Source: Candidatus Kaiserbacteria bacterium RIFCSPHIGHO2_01_FULL_54_36 (GTDB taxonomy: Bacteria > Patescibacteriota > Minisyncoccia > Phycocordibacterales > UBA2100). From it: 48,770 nucleotides of DNA. Both the position numbers and the translations under genes were made by a program. The stretch spans positions 1 to 48,770 of the forward strand of contig MFKV01000002.1 in the NCBI GenBank assembly GCA_001781105.1, in the 5' to 3' direction. Position 1 is the first letter of the stretch, and the number at the start of each line of letters is the position of its first letter. The notes under the pieces are model-generated. The model was not told the DNA's origin. It saw only the letters and a program-made list of their open reading frames with translations, and did not search any database. Shown in pieces: positions 45,816 through 48,770 of the stretch.

Positions 45816-46467
45816 GTCCGCTGATTATGCTCATAGATCGCTGTATTTTCAAATGCTTCCTTACCAGGCGCGGTACGGCGTCGTTGTAGTACATATACTT
45901 GCAGATTTGCACGGCCTCTTTCTTCGCATATTTAAGCTGCACATAAAAGGGTTTTTTACTCTGATCTATGTGGCCGTGTACCTCTACCAACTTGTTTAAT
46001 CGGTCTCTGAGCCAGTCAATAAACTTGGGGCTTGCAGAGGTGAAAGAGATGTAAAAACGATAACTTTTCTTATAAACCGAATCATAAAAAGAATAGCTAC
46101 ATCCATCACCGTCAAAATAACCCCTTAAAAAATCAGCAAAATATTGATCCGGTACAGCTACTGCCATTATAGTCTTTGACTTTGCAGGAGACAGTCCGAT
46201 GCCCACCAAGAAGCGATAAAAGAGGACATCGCTGAATTGAACGCAATATGCCATGTTTCCAATCCCTGAATACTTTTTGCTTATCTTCGTTTTGATACCA
46301 AGACATTTCTTGAATAAAATCAATTGCGCTTTATCGACAGAGGTAAGATCAATATGCCGACCATCCTTCGATAAACATCCGTCTGCTGTTAGGAGGCCGA
46401 CTGCGTACGCGAAATGCGGCGACCACCTTATCTTCACATTGCCCTTTGGTTTCGGTCCCCTTTTCAC
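45772..46467 (-). CDS. Free-standing two-motif LAGLIDADG homing-endonuclease-like protein
   Basis: Motifs AYAVGLLTADG and DFLRGYFDGDG; Lys-rich and more AT-rich than flanks; TATAAT 6 nt before GTG 46467. Its stop codon lies inside the tRNA. Confidence 0.88.
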   Translation of the reverse strand: MKRGPKPKGNVKIRWSPHFAYAVGLLTADGCLSKDGRHIDLTSVDKAQLILFKKCLGIKTKISKKYSGIGNMAYCVQFSDVLFYRFLVGIGLSPAKSKTIMAVAVPDQYFADFLRGYFDGDGCSYSFYDSVYKKSYRFYISFTSASPKFIDWLRDRLNKLVEVHGHIDQSKKPFYVQLKYAKKEAVQICKYMYYNDAVPRLVRKHLKIQRSMSIISGRRGGEIGKHASFRS

Positions 46468-46554
46468 TATCTTATTATAGATGCTGAAGCACATAGCGTA
46501 TACCTATTTATCCCCAAGAAGATTACATCCGTTTGAGCTCCGTTGTAACTACCA

Positions 46555-46599
46555 GCGTCGCCGGATCTTTACCGTCCCACCGGATTTCGCCATGCACCC
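46555..46599 (-). other. Degenerate tRNA(Leu-like) 5'-half sequence
   Basis: Minus strand GGGTGCA-TG-GCG-AAATCCGG...GGCGACGC. Its first 6 nt pair with the acceptor strand of the 3' half at 47924-47929. Confidence 0.35.
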
Positions 46600-46619
46600 A
46601 CAATGCAAAGTCGAAATCT

Positions 46620-47213
46620 TCATTTCCTAAAAACAAAGCTGCAATAGATCATGCCGTTCGCATCGGCCGGATGTTCTGTGTACTCAACGTCGGAGAATCC
46701 CATTTTCTTACTAAGTTCCACGACGTATTTTTGTGAATGCTGTCTGACAGCTGCCATTCGCTCGTCTAAATCTTCTGGGAGATCCGGTATTGGTCCTTCG
46801 GGATTGATCGGGACCCGTCCTACTCTCAGTTCGCCACCCGGTTTCAAGACCCGATACGCTTCACGGAAAACATCGTCGCTACGCCCATCAAAAGGTCCCG
46901 CGTGGGAAATGACTACATCAAAAGTCGCCTCCGCAAAAGGAAGGGTTGCTGCGTCGGCTTGCACGAAAGGCTGTTTCTCACCGGCGTGTCTATGAAAGCG
47001 ATTCCACTCCCTGCGACGAATATCCATCGATACAACGTCAATCCCTTGTTGTCGGGCTGCATCCGCGAACGCCCCGTCGTCTACAGCAATATCGAGTACA
47101 CTCTTACCTCTTAAGTCTTCCCAGGTGGTTCTTGTGCCTTCGAGATATCTTGAAACAGCTTCGTCGAGAACCGCCTGTCTTTTCTTACTTATGCCGCGAG
47201 GACTTTCATCCAT
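46620..47213 (-). CDS. Class I SAM-dependent methyltransferase
   Basis: Motifs VLDIAVDDG, VQADAATLPFAEATFDVVIS, EAYRVLKPGG. Confidence 0.85.
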   Translation of the reverse strand: MDESPRGISKKRQAVLDEAVSRYLEGTRTTWEDLRGKSVLDIAVDDGAFADAARQQGIDVVSMDIRRREWNRFHRHAGEKQPFVQADAATLPFAEATFDVVISHAGPFDGRSDDVFREAYRVLKPGGELRVGRVPINPEGPIPDLPEDLDERMAAVRQHSQKYVVELSKKMGFSDVEYTEHPADANGMIYCSFVFRK

Positions 47214-47216
47214 AAC

Positions 47217-47501
47217 TCACTCCGTTGCGGGATACCGTTGCTGAAACTCGGATTCGAGCTCACCAAGAGCCGCGCGCACGTGCGCATCTATCTGCTGCAA
47301 AGCATTCTGATAGTTCTGTACTGCTTCGTCGCCAGCGCCCTCTTCCCTACCAATGATGCGCTCTGTCTTTTCGACTTCATTGTCTGCTTTTTTCAGAATA
47401 AGTTCGATGCGCCGCTGTACCTCTACATACGCATCGGCGTTGGCGAGCACCGATTCAACTATCTTCGGATCAATATCGCTCAAGTCATCTTGATTAGTCA
47501 T
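47217..47501 (-). CDS. Hypothetical acidic helical protein (94 aa)
   Basis: Start MTNQDD directly follows the upstream stop; tightly packed with both neighbours. Confidence 0.6.
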   Translation of the reverse strand: MTNQDDLSDIDPKIVESVLANADAYVEVQRRIELILKKADNEVEKTERIIGREEGAGDEAVQNYQNALQQIDAHVRAALGELESEFQQRYPATE

Positions 47502-47502
47502 A

Positions 47503-47868
47503 TTATTTTGCGATTGTGTGGCGGATTCCCCACCATGCCGTCCGGCCAGACGCAACAAGGATTCGCCCTACGACTTTTCCAACAGCGATTGTTGAGTCTA
47601 CGGCTCCTTGATGCATATGCCCCACCGGGTCTGGTTTTGTGCTTTTCTTGCCTGTGACTGCGTCTTCAATAGTCTTTTTCCCGGTAAACGGTCTCGCGGT
47701 TGTATTCCAAATTGCTTGCGTAGTCGAATCCAGCGTTTGACTTCCTGCTTTTTTCCAGGCATTTACGGCTTTGTCTCGGGAATTATCTATACTCGCTCGG
47801 AGCGTGGGATTTGCAAGACGCGCGTTGCGAGCAGCTATCTGATCCTGCACCCATTTATTGATCCCCAT
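47503..47868 (-). CDS. Hypothetical basic protein (121 aa)
   Basis: TATGAT 6 nt before the ATG; operon-like packing. Confidence 0.6.
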   Translation of the reverse strand: MGINKWVQDQIAARNARLANPTLRASIDNSRDKAVNAWKKAGSQTLDSTTQAIWNTTARPFTGKKTIEDAVTGKKSTKPDPVGHMHQGAVDSTIAVGKVVGRILVASGRTAWWGIRHTIAK

Positions 47869-47886
47869 ATCGGCATCATATCATTG

Positions 47887-48770
47887 CTACATACAGGTGC
47901 TCTTTGGGAGTTCGAGTCTCCCCGCACCCACAAGACAAGAGACAAGGTCGGTTTCGGATTGGTTTTCCTTCGCGGTAGCGACGGAAAACCAATGATTTGC
48001 GGGCACGCCGCGCGCTTCGCGCGTGTGGAGAGTGAGGTTCGAGCCGAAGATTTTTTGGAGGGAGGATTTTTTGGAGGGGAGGTCTTTAGATTGTGCCGCT
48101 TCGTCCAATAACGAAGCGTCCTTTAGCCATTTTCGCATGGGTTCGAGCCAGACGGCGGTGTTGCGTTCAAGCAGGAGGATTCGCTCCTGCACCGACTTCT
48201 TGTCGGACATCAACGCACGCTTGCGCGATAGGTATTCTTCGCGCTCAATATCCTGTTCGACAAAGAGGTCGGTGAGGCGGGCAATTTTGCCGTCCATGTC
48301 GGCAATCTTTGCCCGCATTGCTTGAACGGACGCCGCCGTGCTTTGCGAGGCGTCAGCCGCGTCTTTCGTAGCCATACGATCTAATTCTTCCGCCCAATGG
48401 CGCGGCAAGTGGAAACGCGAGAGCAACGCGGAGAGTTGCATATCGAGCGTTTCTTCGCGGATGTATTCTCCCGCGCACGGACCGCGTTTCTTCGTACACC
48501 GATAGTACACATACGACCTGCCGCTTTTCTTCGTTTGCTTTTCGGCAGTAATGGAGCAGCCGCACTCGCCACATTTCAACAATCCACAAAGTGCTTGCGG
48601 ACTTTTCTTTAACTTCTGCGTTCTGCCGCGCAGAGCCAAGACTTTTTGCACTTTGTCAAAAAGCTCTTTGGCGATTATAGGCGTGTGCTTGCCCTCGTAC
48701 ATTTCTCCTGCGTAGCGGAAGTGGCCGTAGTAGAACGTGTTGGAAAGCAACGTGCTCACCTTGCTCTTGT
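47887..48770 (-). mobile_element. Large serine recombinase/integrase, C-terminal part (5' end outside the window)
   Basis: Recombinase-domain LSNTFYYG...GKHTPII...FDKVQ, zinc ribbon LCGLLKCGECG...YYRC...C, then a coiled coil. The last residues (VGAGRLELP) are the antisense reading of the tRNA T-arm. Confidence 0.9.
47906..47930 (+). pseudogene. tRNA 3'-half remnant (T-arm + acceptor strand), probable att site
   Basis: GGGAG-TTCGAGT-CTCCC-CGCACCC-A, with no D-arm or 5' acceptor strand upstream on +. Confidence 0.75.

Noticed and set aside
45816-46599. LAGLIDADG gene as part of a tRNA intron
   Set aside because: The downstream tRNA-Leu is complete on its own, and its acceptor strand does not pair with the GGGTGCA 5' piece. 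No group I core was seen.
46500-47930. Trans-spliced split tRNA or two-piece tmRNA
   Set aside because: No long complementary leader/trailer between the halves, and the acceptor has G3-C70 rather than the G3-U70 alanine determinant.
1-48770. CRISPR array, rRNA, IS transposase, recoded stop codons
   Set aside because: No regularly spaced repeats, rRNA-like tracts or transposase motifs were seen. Conserved genes are full length, and TGA, TAG and TAA all act as stops.

Overview
A gene-dense bacterial chromosomal window read in the standard genetic code. Gene content and style suggest CPR/Patescibacteria (Parcubacteria-like); this is inference, not a database result. Layout from left to right: (i) 1-590, the window-truncated 5' end of a secreted SpvB/TcB-type (probably Rhs/YD) protein that the ORF track missed. 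(ii) ~0.9-30.8 kb, a large surface-glycan locus. It holds a non-canonical nonulosonic-acid block (cytidylyltransferase, DegT aminotransferase, PtmA-like SDR, NeuB-SAF-TIM fusion, gmd, and an apparently circularly permuted sialyltransferase-like protein), a branched-sugar block, Wzx, two GtrA-GT-C fusions, rml genes, four GT4s (one fused to a truncated UDP-sugar dehydrogenase) and several self-contained orphan cassettes. (iii) 30.8-45.7 kb, envelope and housekeeping genes: lamin-tail/PKD protein, VirD4/HerA-like ATPase, ECF sigma, rsmI, murC/murD/murI, a class Ic-type (Mn/Fe) ribonucleotide reductase and a CofE-like gene. (iv) 45.7-48.8 kb, a tRNA hotspot: tRNA-Leu(CAG) overlapped by a LAGLIDADG endonuclease gene, two oppositely oriented tRNA-like half sequences bracketing a 1.3-kb three-gene segment, and a large serine recombinase that reads through the 3' half. 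The most unusual signals are the split/inverted tRNA-like halves beside the recombinase, short palindromic repeats sitting in frame inside at least four genes (one copy nested in another), the permuted sialyltransferase-like enzyme, and near-universal leaderless promoter architecture.
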